This document shows, piece by piece, positions 43,641 to 56,524 of a DNA stretch of 64,000 nucleotides. Under the pieces are notes generated by a model. That model ran no database searches, was not told the origin of the DNA, and saw only the letters and a list, made by a program, of their open reading frames with translations. The DNA is from Octopus vulgaris (lineage: Eukaryota): NCBI GenBank assembly GCA_951406725.2, contig OX597815.1, forward strand, positions 9,796,001 to 9,860,000, in the 5' to 3' direction. Made by a program: the position numbers and the translations under genes. Every line of letters begins with the position of its first letter. Position 1 is the stretch's first letter.

Positions 43641-43642
<2 letters not shown>
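42617..43642 (-). mobile_element. RTE-clade LINE 3' end (ORF C-terminus, repeat-rich 3' UTR, (TGA)n tail)
   Basis: 43229-43640 translates as [15 protein letters not shown]...[12 protein letters not shown]...GRGRPRKTW...RDRDLWK, typical of the RTE ORF C-terminus. It continues into a UTR ending ...catggaaaacggacgctaaa(tga)n. Confidence 0.9.
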
Positions 43643-43697
<55 letters not shown>

Positions 43698-43752
43698 CAT
43701 ATATACATATATATATACATATATATACATATATATATATATACATATATAC

Positions 43753-43839
<87 letters not shown>

Positions 43840-44431
43840 TATGTCAATGCATATCTGCCCGTGTCTGCATCTGTGTGTAAGAGAGAGCATACATGTGTAT
43901 ATATGTGTGCATATTTGTGCATGCATGTATGTTTATACAGATGCATAAAACGCTGTTTCTTTTCGCACGAATTAATAACTATTATATGCGAAAGAGACTT
44001 TGTTTTGTTATTTTTAATATGTGCCTATCATTTAAAATTCATCGTTTAAAATTGATTGTATATTAATATATCTTCTTAATTTAAATTCTTATTTATTTAT
44101 TTATTTATTTGTTTCTTTATGAGTGTTTTTGTCTTTATATACGTGCATATGTCAGTGTTGATATACCAAATTTATCTAAGCTTATATTATATGTATATAA
44201 AAAAGGTTTGTGTCTATGTGTATAATGATGTATGTATGTATGTATGTATGTATGTATGCATGTTATATTTGTGCAAGTATATAGATATGTGTTAGCTCAT
44301 ACATAAGTTAATATGTATATGTGTATGTGTCTCTGTGGCTGTATGTATATGCGAGTATTTGTGTATATATACATGTATATGTGTGCATGTAGGTGTAAAT
44401 AAGAAAGTATAAAAGCATGTGTATGTGTGTA

Positions 44432-44475
<44 letters not shown>

Positions 44476-44737
44476 AACACACACATACAAGCAAAAAAAA
44501 TGTGGCAGATGCTCAATGTAAGAGCACACCTTTGTGCAAATTTGACGAAGTGCCACTCTAATGTCTAAAGCCGCAATTATTACGTAAATTTTTCACTTCA
44601 AATACTGTGTAAACTGGCACTGCAAACAGTTGGTACAGAAACAATCGTAATTTATCATTAAAGATGTGTTAAAGGATTTCATTGTCCTATAAATGTGTAT
44701 AAATATTTATATCTATCTATCTATCTATATATATATA

Positions 44738-45063
44738 TAATAATAAATATTAGGGAATAAATCCAAATTTACAGGGAAAAAATCAGATTTAAGATTAAAT
44801 CCAATTTTATAGTAAAATATTATAAAATATTATTAGAGACAAAACCACTATTTTGCAAAACAAACAAGGAAAGACTTAATCAATACATAAAATTTTAATA
44901 AATAGTCAAAAAAACCGCCACTACAATCGTTTCTTGTCTTGATCGACAATCTTCAGGTGGACTTCAATAAGTCAGTTTCAAATTATTAAAATTTTATGTA
45001 TTGATTAAGTCTTTCCTTGTTTGTTTTGCAAAATAGTGGTTTTGTCTCTAATAATATTTTATA
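44738..45063 (-). mobile_element. Penelope-like insertion with inverted partial pseudo-LTR
   Basis: 81-bp perfect inverted repeat (44821-44901 / 44983-45063) enclosing a hammerhead, with (TA)n on both sides. Confidence 0.65.
44918..44960 (-). ncRNA. Minimal type I hammerhead ribozyme motif inside an 81-bp perfect inverted repeat
   Basis: Minus strand CCAC CUGAAGA UUGUC GAUCAA GACAA GAAA CGAUUG UA GUGG: 4-bp stem I, 5-bp stem II, near-palindromic stem III (ACGAUUGU), GUA triplet. Confidence 0.8.
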
Positions 45064-45492
45064 TATATATATATATATAGTATACTGCCACTGATGTAGT
45101 AACATTTGAAATATTGTCCAGGTAAATCTAAAGAAGACTAATCAAATTTACGATGAGAAACTTATTGAAGAGTCCGAAACCCAGGTACTAGATTATCCGA
45201 TTCTGGATTGTCCATTTATCTAATGTTCTTCCTCCACACATCTTAGCTAGTATATATACAGTGAAGCTTTACTATAGCATCATAAAATTATTGACTGCTA
45301 TTTCCAGTAAACATTGGTGCCTTGTTGTAACACTATTCTATATTTATATTTATGTGTGTGTATGTATATATATATATATGTATGTAATGTATGTGTGTGT
45401 GTGTATGCTGTGTATGTTTGCTCATACATACATGTGAACATGTATCTATTAGCATGTATATTTTTACATACATATGTGTTTATGTTCATATA

Positions 45493-45879
45493 TCTCTCTC
45501 TATATAAACGGCAGTTTGTCTGTGCGTGTTTCTGTGTGTCTGTTTGCTTGTACCCTCACCCTGACCACGGCTTTCAACCGATTCTGATGAAACTTGACAC
45601 ACACATAGCCCAATATCATAATTCAAAACTAACGCAGCGAAAATTTTGAAAAGTTCCCCCAGTTCTGAAAAAAATTGATAAATTCGACATGGGGTCGAGA
45701 ATAAAAAAAAAAAAACCACAGACTGTCTAGGGGACGCAACTCAACCTTTTTTTACTCTCAAAAAAAAATTTACCATCATTTTTCTTCCATTTTTTTGCTA
45801 TTTTTTGGCTATAACTCTCTAAAAATGCTTTATAGTTATTTCCCTTACAAACCTGAGCAACGCCGGGCGATACTGCTAG
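45493..45879 (+). mobile_element. Non-autonomous Helitron
   Basis: A|TCTCTCTCTATATAAA start; ends CCTGAGCAACGCCGGGCGATACTGCTAG|T. Confidence 0.8.
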
Positions 45880-46552
45880 TACTGAATATATGTTTTTGTA
45901 TACATGCAGGTTTATATGTATATATGTGTGTATATACTTATCACACTAATCTCTCTCTCTCTCTCTTTTCTATATTTCTAGTTTTGTTCTTTATTCTCCC
46001 CTCCAACAATCTACAGGACCCTTGATCACAAACTATATATAAACACTGCATCCACATATAAATTTTATTATTATTTGATTCTCTTTCTGAAGAATCTCTA
46101 AAAGATGTCTTTACATGTTTCTCCTACATGTACAATTCTATAACTCCCATTAGCAAACGAAACATGTGTAATGGTGAATAAATAATACCAAAAATTTTAT
46201 CCAATCTCCTCCTGTTTTCACATATAACTACACTGCAGAAAACATTTTCCAGAATTTTCAACTTTTATGTATACACCACTCAAATATATATTTCTTTATT
46301 GCCCACAGGGGGCTAAACATAGAGGGGACTGACAAGGACAAATGGATTAAGACGATTACATCAACCCCAGTACATAACTGGTACTTATTTAATCGACCCT
46401 GAAAGGATGAAAGGCAAAGTCAACCTTGGCGGAATTTGAATGCCACACAAACATACTATCTACATACAACTGCGAAGTACTGGAATAAATAGATGTGCTT
46501 TAAGAGGACACAGCTTGGATTAACCCTATCTACATTATATATATATATATAT

Positions 46553-46861
46553 CACCATGATCACCATGACCGACCAGGCTATCAGATGTTGCTACACATC
46601 GCTGGTCGCAATGCGCTTTGCACTGTTTTAGCCTTCAAATGACGCCACCCTGCTGGCTAAGTGAGCAGGCCAACAGAAGAAAGAGTGAGAGAAAGTTGTG
46701 GCGAAAGAGTACAGCAGGGGTCGGCACCACCCCCTGCCAGAGCCTCGTGAAGCTTTAGGTGTTTTCGCTCAATAAACACTCACAACGCCTGGTCTGGGAA
46801 TCGAAACCACGATCCCATGACTGCGAGTCCGCTACCCTAACCACTGGGCCATTGCGCCTCT
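46553..46861 (-). mobile_element. tRNA-derived SINE family 4 (5' part also at 2074-2226 +)
   Basis: gaggcgcaatggcccagtggttagggtagcggactcgcagtc...ggtttcgattccc head; (catggtgat)-like tail. Confidence 0.75.
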
Positions 46862-49240
46862 ATATATATATATTAATTACATTGTTGCTAACACAATGTT
46901 TCATTATACATGCTGACATTACATTACAGATACTGAAACATTACATTATATATTCTGGCACAGCATTTAATTACATGTGCTGATACAACATTGCATTATC
47001 AATGATGACATTACATTAGAGACGCTGACATAATATTTCATTATACGCACATACACAATATTTCTATCAGCTTTCTAAGATATTGATGTTTGGCCCCTAC
47101 AACACCCCACACTGAACAAGTCTATTATTAAAAACATTCCAGTCTTTTAATCAGATATTATGCATCTAAACAAAGAATTGTGAATTGAGAATGGTTTGGC
47201 AGCTATTTCTGGCAATTTGAAAAAGTGTTCAGAAGCTCCCTTGTTGCTTTAAGTAGATGCTTATGGTATGTGAATTTTCCAAGAGGTCACCCATCTAAGT
47301 TTGGCATTGTCATACTTCAGTGATGACACAAAGAAACTGTTTTTGGTGTGATTATAGTCATAAGTTGGACCTGTCTACAATTGCTTTCATTCATCTTCAG
47401 CAGCTACAGATTAGAACTTGAGACTTTATTCGATTTAATAAATCAAATCAAATCAAAATCAAAACCATTTCGATGACTGGCATCCGTGCTAGCGGGGTGC
47501 AAAGAGCACCATACGAGCGTGATCATTGACAGAGCGGCTATTCAAGTATGATCGTTACCAGCGTCGCCTTACTGGCATTTATGCCTGTGCTAGTAGGGTG
47601 CCAAGAACACCATCTGAGTGGGATCGTTGCCAGAGCAGCCAACTGGCTTCCATACCCGTGACACGTAAAAGTGCACCGTTCGAGCGTGATCGTCACCAAT
47701 GTCGCTTCACTGGCACCTGTGTCGGTGGCACATGTAAAAAGATTCGAGCGAGGTTATTGCCAGTACCACCTGACTGGCCCCCATGCAGGTGTCACATAAA
47801 AAGCACCCACTACACACTCGGAGTGGTTGGCGTTAGGAAGGGCATCCAGCTGTAGAAACTCTGCCAGATCAAGATTGGAGCCTGGTGCAGCCATCTGGTT
47901 TGCCAGCCCTCAGTCAAAACCGTCTGACCCATGCTAGCATGGAAAGTGGACGTTAAACGATGATGATGATGATGATGATGATATTGACTGGTGGGTACAA
48001 GGGATTCTGGGTATTGTGATAAGGCTGTGTAATGACAACAGGACAATAAATAAGAGATAAACTAGAAGTGTGAACATTTTAAAATTAAACAGATAATCCA
48101 GGAAGTTTCAGCAATATCATGCATGCCACCAGAATTAACAAATTACATTAGACTGTCCTAAATCGAATGATGTAGTCTAAGATGCATTATGTCAGGTAAC
48201 CAGGTCAGGGTTGGCCAATGACTAAATAACATAAAACAGTTACAGTCATAAATACTAACAAGTATGTAAATTACATTGTCCTATTTACACTATGTTGCAA
48301 TAAAAGATAGTCTGGTCACAGCTGAGACATCTCTGACCAGGATCATGCAGGATCAGAAAGATTATCTGGGATTAAACAAAAACAAGTTTGAGAAGATAAA
48401 AAAAAATATATATATACATAGGCGCAGGAGTGGCTGTGTGGTAAGTAGCTTGTTTACCAACCATATGGTTCCGGGTTCAGTCCCACTGCGTGGCACCTTG
48501 GGCAAGTGTCTTCTATTATAGCCTTGAGCCAACCAAAGCCTTGTGAGTGGATTTGGTGGACGGAAACTGAAAGAAGCCCGTCGTATATATGTATATATAT
48601 ATATATATATGTATGTATGTGTGTGTATATGTTTGTGTATCTGCGTTTGTTCCCCCAACATTGCTTGACAATCGATGCTGGTGTGTTTACGTCCTCGTAA
48701 CTTAGCGGTTCGGCAAAAGAGACTGATAGAATAAGTACTGGGCTTACAAAGAATAAGTCCTGGAGTCAATTTGCTCGACTAAAGGCGGTGCTCCAGCTTG
48801 GCCGGAGTCACATGACTGTAAAAAGTAAGAGTAAAAGTAATACATATTCTATTATTTTATCACTTGTTTCAGTCATTTGATTGCGGCCATGCTGGTGCAC
48901 CATCTTAAAGGGTTTAAGTAGCAGAAATCGACCCCAGGACTTATTCTTTGTGAGCCTAGTACTTATTTTATCATTCTCTTTTGCTGAATTGTTAAGTTAC
49001 AGAAATGTAAAGAAACCAACATCGGTTGTCAAGTGTGAGGGGACATTCACAGACACAATGACACACATAAACATATACATATGATGGGCTTCTTTCAGTT
49101 TCGGTCTAGTAAATCCACTCACAAGGTTTTGGTCATCCCAGGACAATAGTAGAAGGCATTTGCCCATGGTGCCATGCAGTGGGACTGAACCTAGAACCAC
49201 GTGTCAGGAAGCAAGCTACCATACAGCCACGCCTGCACCA

Positions 49241-49282
<42 letters not shown>

Positions 49283-49644
49283 TTGAGGATTAACACAAAA
49301 ACAAACATACACAACTACACACAGTAGTTAACAGTTCAACCTAAATAGTAAGCCCAGATCTTATCCACATATCTTTACTATCACTGAGTTCAAGATGGTG
49401 TATCCAGAAGAGAAAGAAGAAAAGCTATGGGCAGCGCACCCTCCTTCTCTGCCTTCTATAAACACGAACAAATACTACCACAAATGTTGACTTTAATGTG
49501 TCCACAACAGCTGGCCACAAAAGTAGTCAACTTATTTGAGATAAATTCTTTGATTATATTTTTCTGTTTTTTTTTTTGATTTTTCAATTCAATAATGACC
49601 TATAAAACTAAATCTATGTAGTTACACACAACACAGATATACGT

Positions 49645-49683
<39 letters not shown>

Positions 49684-49824
49684 TATAAATTAGGGTATCT
49701 ACAAGATACCACCATGCTGAAAATAGCAGCCATGATCTAACTCTAAAACTACCTTAATTGCCCATATATCAACAGGGAGAGAAAACGAAGGGACAAGATG
49801 AAACTATTAAAAAATTACTGGATA

Positions 49825-49883
49825 ATTCTAGATCCCGGATTTCTGGATTAGCATTTGGGAATACTTTGCCTCGTCAGTAGAAT
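49825..49883 (-). ncRNA. Type I hammerhead ribozyme motif, irregular stem II
   Basis: Minus strand AUUCUA CUGACGA GGCAAAGUAUUCCCAAAUGCUAAUCCA GAAA UCCGGGA UC UAGAAU: 6-bp stem I, intact boxes, near-palindromic stem III, AUC triplet. Stem II has an inner AGUAUU/AAUGCU hairpin but a weak base. Confidence 0.7.
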
Positions 49884-49976
49884 ACACACAGAAGGGAAAC
49901 ATAAATACATATATATATAAGCACAACATACGAATACTTACATATACGAACATATACCTACATATATATGCACGTA

Positions 49977-50011
<35 letters not shown>

Positions 50012-50289
50012 TAAAAACGGTAAGATAACAAAAGAAAGAAAGAGACCTCAATATTATATAAAAACAGGAATTTATCTGTAAATGTAATATGTGACAATTA
50101 TTCGGTAGGCAAGATAGAACTCTGAGTTTCAGATACTGAGAGAGATGGTGTTGTGGATTTCCACCTCGGCATCCAAAACTCAGAGTTTTATCTTGGCTAT
50201 TGAATATTATACCACCAAATGAATACAGACACAAACCACAATCACAAAATAACATTATTTTACAGATATATATATATATATATATATAT

Positions 50290-50327
<38 letters not shown>

Positions 50328-51712
50328 GGATGGATGGATGGATGGATGGATGGATGGATGGATGGATGGATGGATGGATGGATGGATGGATGGATGGATG
50401 GATGGATGGATGGATGGATGGATGGAAGGAAGGAAGGAAGGAAGGAAGGAAGGAAGGCAGGAAGGAAGGAAATATTGGAGAGTTGCTATATCAAATAGTA
50501 AAGAAACAGAGAAATTAGTTTCGTCTTCATGAGAATAAAAACCATTAACTTTGCCTGTTCTACTATCTTTGGACTTAATTTTCACTGTACTTTGTTTACA
50601 AAAATGGAAAGTGTTCTTACTAAACAACCTGCACAACAAATTTGCTTCTAGTGGAGTAAGTTGTACAGAGCCTACTCTCCCCTCTCTCCTAATTAAGTCA
50701 CCTGAATTGGTGGTACACAGTATGTCACATACCAGACATAAAATGATTCATGCAAGAGAAGGAGTCAGGAATGCAAAACTCAAACTGACGTCAATCTGCT
50801 TTGGGGTCACAGTCTACATCACACCAAACACATCACCAAATGAATTCAGACACAAACCACAATCACAGGATAACATATGTAACCATCAGCTACCATAGTT
50901 GAGATTTTAGAAACGGGTTTACCTCTGTAGAGGACATAGGACTCAACTTTCTATGAGATACTTTCCTAAGCATTTTTTGTGCCAGTGGCACGTAAAATGC
51001 ACCATCCGTACGTGGCCTATGCCAGCGCCGCCTTGACTGGCTTCCGTGCCGGTGGTACGTAAAAAGCACCAACCAATTGTGGCCATTGCCAGCCTCCCCT
51101 GGTACCTGTGCCGGTGGCACGTAAAAAGAACCCACTACACTCACGGAGTGGTTGGCGTTAGGAAGGTCATCCAGCTTTAGAAACACTGCCAGATCAGACT
51201 GGAGCCTGGTGCAGCCTCCTGGCTTCCCAGATCCCAGGTTGAACCGTCCAACCCATGCCAGCATGGAAAACGGACGTTAAACGATGACGATGATGATGAT
51301 GTACGCTGAATATTGCTAGATAGTCATTGGCCCTATATTGAGTTCATTCATCCTTTTAACAGGCTTTGTTTCTATCTTACAAGGTTTCAGTCCACAGACT
51401 ATGTACAACAGCAACCTCCCACATTAATCCATTGGCAATCATCTTATTTAGTTACTCTCAGGGCTGTGGAGTCAGTGACCACTGATTCCAATTCCAACTC
51501 CTCTTTTTGTAACAAGATTCATCATACTTTTGTATTAAATAAATTCACACAACATAAAGGACCAATGAGAATAACCAGGCTATTTCCAAGTACCCCATAA
51601 TGTTAAAGGTTTAGGCTTGAATTTTACAGTTCTATTGTTGTGGCTTTTTTATAATATTTATTACGGAAATTGAATATATATTTTACTATAAAGTAAAAAG
51701 ACATAACAGAAA

Positions 51713-52108
51713 TCTTTATATATAAAAGTCTAGTTGTGTGTCTGTCTCCTACGATTTAAATTCCTAACTACTCCCACATTTTGCGGTGCAGTTTAACCAA
51801 AACTCGGTATCTTATAGTCGTGATTCATATCGAGCCCTTCTGGGTATTAGCGCGCATCTACGATGAGTCTACGATTAAAAAAAAATTTACCATCATTTTT
51901 TTCCATTTTAATGCATTTTTTCGCTATTATATAAGGGAAGTAACTCTCTAAAAATGTCTACGATGAGCCAACGATTTTTAAAAAATTTACCATAATTTTT
52001 TTTCCATTTTTAATGCATTTTTTTGCTATTTTTTGGCTATAACTCTCTAAAAATGTTTATATAGTTATTTCCCTTACAAACCCGAGCAACGCCGGGCGAT
52101 ACTGCTAG
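51713..52108 (+). mobile_element. Non-autonomous Helitron
   Basis: A|TCTTTATATATAAAA start; ends CCCGAGCAACGCCGGGCGATACTGCTAG|T; 5' half matches 1057-1561. Confidence 0.85.
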
Positions 52109-53070
52109 TGAATAATAAAAGTATGCTAAAAGAAAATCAGGAATCTCTTAGTTTATCAGTTTGAAAATTTGGAGTACATCAAAGTAAAAGCCAAAAGATT
52201 TAACACCTAAAGTACTTTTTTAAAAAATGGTCCTTTTAAAAGAAATGCAACCCTTAAATATAAAACATTTCCTTTTCGAGATTAAAGCATTATTTGAATA
52301 TAAAACTGAAGTGAATGCAACATGAAAGATTGCATTACATGAAACAGGAATTAATTATATTGTAAGATATTGAAAAGCTAATCCCAACAAAATTTATTAA
52401 ATAAAAGCTATACTGACAGAATAAGGATTAGATCAAAAATACTTATTCAAAATTTATCAAACGCTTTGCCTTTAGAAACAGAACTGCTTCTAATAGAACC
52501 TCTTTTGTAGAAACCCTTAAATCTTATTTGATTATTTTTCAGTGCAGAAAGTAATCAAATTAATATCTGTCAAATTGGCAGGCATTTTTAACCCAATATA
52601 TTACAAGTTGTTATTTATAGCTGTATGCATTTCTAATATACACTGTTGAAATGATTTATTTCCATATTTCTTGAGGCAGCTATATTCTAAATGAAACAGA
52701 CTTGCTTTCCAGATTCTAAGAAGAAACTGTGTGCAATTTGATGGCAGAGGGACTGATAGTGACTTTAGTGTAATTGGTTAGCACACCTGTCATGGATACA
52801 GAAGATAGGTGATTTCATTTTACCTGTAGCCTTTGGCTTTTTTTACTATCAGATTTTCTTCTTCCTGTCAGTTCGTTTATTTTAGATTAAAATCTGCACA
52901 GTGAATATAAAATATTTTGGTCTATGAATACTTAGACATAAACCCCAAAACCAACGAAATATTTCATTATATAATGTGTGCACCAACAGAAGAACTCTAT
53001 ACACAAACACACACACATAAGTACAACACTTAGATGCAAATGATGTCATTTATAAGTGTTACTTACTTAC

Positions 53071-53101
<31 letters not shown>

Positions 53102-53977
53102 CATACATACATACATACATACATACATACATACATGCATGCATGCATGCATGCATAACAATATAGACAAGATTTAAACACAAAGATATTCATACCAAAA
53201 ACTAGAGGCACATGCGCATAAACACATAGACTTATAAAAATGAATGTCATACACAGATTAACACACAATTGAACAATTTCTTTACAGTAAGAAATGCTAG
53301 AACTTTTTAAAGAATCTTATGTAATTTCATGATTTATGAAAGAAATTTAATTTAAACAGATCTCTGTCTCTCTTCCTTGCTCTTTCACTTACTAATTATA
53401 TTGTACCATTTATCAACATGCATGCATACACACACACACACACACACACAAACACATATTCATCATCATCATCATCATCGTTTAACGTCTGTTTTCCATG
53501 CTAGCATGGGTTGGACGGTTCGACCGGGGTCTGGGAAGCCGCCAGGAGGCTGCACCAGGCTCCAGTCTGATCTGGCGGTGTTTCTACAGCTGGATGCCCT
53601 TCCTAACGCCAACCACTCCATGGGTGTAGTGGGCGCTTTTTACGTGCCACCGGCACAGGTGCCAGGGGAAGTCGGCAACGGCCACGAGCGGTTGGTTGTT
53701 TTTACGTGCTACCGGCACGGAAGCCAGTCAAGGCGACACTGGCATATGTGCATATTTAGGGATGAAAAAATGATGCTCACTATTTGTCTTCTAACTTAGC
53801 AGTTCAACAAGCAGAGGTAAACAGGTACCAGAACTAAAAATAATTACTTGGGTCAGTGTTACCAAAAACCCTTCATGGTAGAGCCACAGCGGAGCCACAG
53901 TCCAAGGAGTGGAACAAGTAATAAAATAACAGAAAGAATTTATTCATGTGTGTAAATGAGTGTGTGTGTGTGTGTGT

Positions 53978-54151
53978 CAGAACCATTTTAGCAGCATTGT
54001 AGGCCCCTGGGTAAATCAATGCACTGGGCCCTATAGTATATATTTACTGAAAGTAAATCACAGTATATATAGATCGGAATTGGTCTCCAAGACCCTGTGA
54101 AGCCCTGCCGCAACTGACTGCCCAGTGCGCCCATGCCTTAAGATGGCATGT
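53978..54151. mobile_element. Degenerate non-autonomous DNA transposon (hAT-like MITE)
   Basis: Imperfect terminal inverted ends cagaaccatttta / taagatggcatg; GC-rich ggcccc/gggcc subterminal motifs. Confidence 0.35.
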
Positions 54152-54242
54152 GTGTGTGTCTGAAAGTGAGTATGTATAAACATGTCTATGTAAGTGGATG
54201 TAAATACATGCATATACATACATATATTTGGACACACACACA

Positions 54243-54280
<38 letters not shown>

Positions 54281-54284
<4 letters not shown>

Positions 54285-54505
54285 TGAGGAAAGGAGAGCA
54301 CAGCTGTGGTCGGACAGGCGGGACAGGAGGAGGACAACTGCAGCAACACCCCACACGTACCCATCGATGTTCGTGTGCAGCGACTGTACCAGGAACTGCC
54401 ACTCTAGAATTGGACTGTTCAGTCACAGCAGACGCTGCTCATCATCAAAGTAGGCCCCACCCTTGGCGCGACACATTGTCTATCAAGACAGACGGGAGAA
54501 GAAAG
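54281..54505 (+). mobile_element. 3' end of a second RTE-type LINE (C-terminal zinc-finger)
   Basis: FVCSDCTRNCHSRIGLFSHSRRC* followed by a short UTR; flanked by (TA)n. Confidence 0.75.
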
Positions 54506-54568
54506 AAAAGGAAATATATATATATATATATAAATGGAGTTTAACGTAGGTACAATTCAAATACTTTT

Positions 54569-54657
54569 ACTTCCGACACATATTTCGAAGATATCACTGA
54601 TATTATTCCAAAGGAATAAAATGGTGTAAGACAATGTAATCTTCTCTTCAGGGAAGT
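54569..54657 (-). ncRNA. Type I hammerhead ribozyme motif, canonical core, extended stem II (Penelope-like element remnant)
   Basis: Minus strand reads ACUUCC CUGAAGA GAAGAU[46-nt insert incl. UUAUUCC-UUU-GGAAUAA hairpin]AUCUUC GAAA UAUGUG UC GGAAGU. This gives a 6-bp stem I, CUGANGA and GAAA boxes, a 6-bp stem II with G10.1-C11.1, a tiny quasi-palindromic stem III and a GUC cleavage triplet. (TA)n at ~54515-54532. Confidence 0.85.
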
Positions 54658-56009
54658 GAAGAAATGAAACTCGTCAATAAGACATTTTAACAGAAAATGA
54701 TGGATATGTATAGTGAATAACTGAACGCTATTAATATTGTTTGAAAAAAGGTTAGATGATATAACGTCAGAAGTAGCCTTATTAGTGGCAACTATGACAC
54801 CAAGCAATAAGAGCAACAACAGCAAAAAGCAGCAGCAACAGGTCTGGCAGTGACAACAGCATCAGCAGCAATAATGACAGTGACAACAACAGTTGTAACA
54901 CCACCAGCACAACGGCACAGACACAGAAATAAGTCAGGATCTACAAGTGGCCCTTTAAAGCATTGTCTTAACAATCACAGGTACTCCTTTAGAATACCAG
55001 AAGGTGCAACATCATTCCCCTGGCCAGCTGCATATCAAGAATCCTGAAAAACTCATTTGACCTGGGGAACTTTTTAAACTTCAAAAAAGTAACATTTAGT
55101 TAGTGCCCACATCAGAGGAAATTTGTGATGGAAACATGGAATTCCCCATTTGTTGACTAGGTAAATGCTGCCATCTTCAGAGATCTTCAGCAGGCCTGTC
55201 ATAGACATAACTGGAACTGGTGTAAAGAAGACAAGTTTTGCCAGTAGAGTTTCATTCTGGAATATTTCCATTTACAAAATTAACTGAGCATGATGTTTTC
55301 TTCTCTCCAATTGTAGAGAGGTTATATGCCTCAGGCCATCTGAGTCTGATGGATCACCTATAGAGCTAAGTGCTTCATAGGTGGGAAACTAATGGTAACC
55401 TTCTGACCAGCCATAACAAACAACTCTCAAAAGATATATATATATATAAATACATACACGCACACACGCATACATACATACATACAAACATTCAATGGTA
55501 TTTCGACAACACAAATACATGTGTGCCTATTCAAATACCATTTAAATAAACTACACCTTTAAAATCAAAACTATAGCTGTAAAAATATGATGAATGGGAA
55601 ACCAAAGGAGCCTCCATGCAGAAGCTTAATCTGCAAGAAATAGCAGCCAAATTTACTTCACATCACACAGTAATGTCTTTAGAAAAATAGGACTTATTAG
55701 ATGAAGATATTCATGAATGCCTTTAGTAATATGTCACTTGGTTAAGGTTGACCCGACACAAAATGGCAAGGACAGCATTGAATAGTTGTGTATATATAAA
55801 GGCACTAACACATAAAATACTTATTATTATCCCCCAAATAATTATATATCAGCATTAATTCTATCATATTGAGTTAATTAAGATTAACTCAACTGGGTTA
55901 ATTTTAAGTTGTTTTATCGTAGTCATTAATGATTTCAGCTTATTTAAGGATATCTGCAAAATATTTGTTACAAAAAATACTTGTGATTGAAGTTTTTTTT
56001 TTCTTCTTG

Positions 56010-56524
56010 TGTCTATCGGATTCAAGCCTCTTCTCCTTATCTCCTCAAAGACATACATCATCCCGAAAGAGTCCAGAAGCTGGCTAACTGCATGGTTCTT
56101 GGTCTCAAGCATTTGTCTTATGAAGAAAAGCTGAAGACGCTCGACCTTTATTCTCTAGAAAAACGATGCTGCCGTGGTGATCTCATTCTTGCTCACAACA
56201 TCATAAGCGGAAAGTGTAACCTCTCGAAAGAGCTGTTCTTCACTCCTGCTCCAGAGCGTCGGCTGCGGGGTCACTCCAAAAAGCTCTATCTGCAACAATT
56301 TCATCTCAATCGAAGGATAGGGGCTTTCTCCGTCCGGGTTGCGAATCCGTGGAATAAGCTGCCGGATGAGATAGTGAAGATGCCGATGACCACTTGGTTC
56401 AAAGTTTCTCTTGACCAGAAATGGCCTGAACTCTTTGCATGAACACCCCTGTACATAACTCCATGTCCCCCTACATGGCCTTGCTTTTTGCTTTTTGAGC
56501 CAAAAAATTAACTTAACTTAACTA
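56010..56524 (+). mobile_element. CR1-clade LINE 3' end
   Basis: SPYLLKDI..ERVQK..GLKHLSYEEKLKTLDLYSLEKR..RGDLI..RGHSKKL..FSVRVANPWNKLP, stop at 56442, (TAACT)n tail. Confidence 0.9.
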
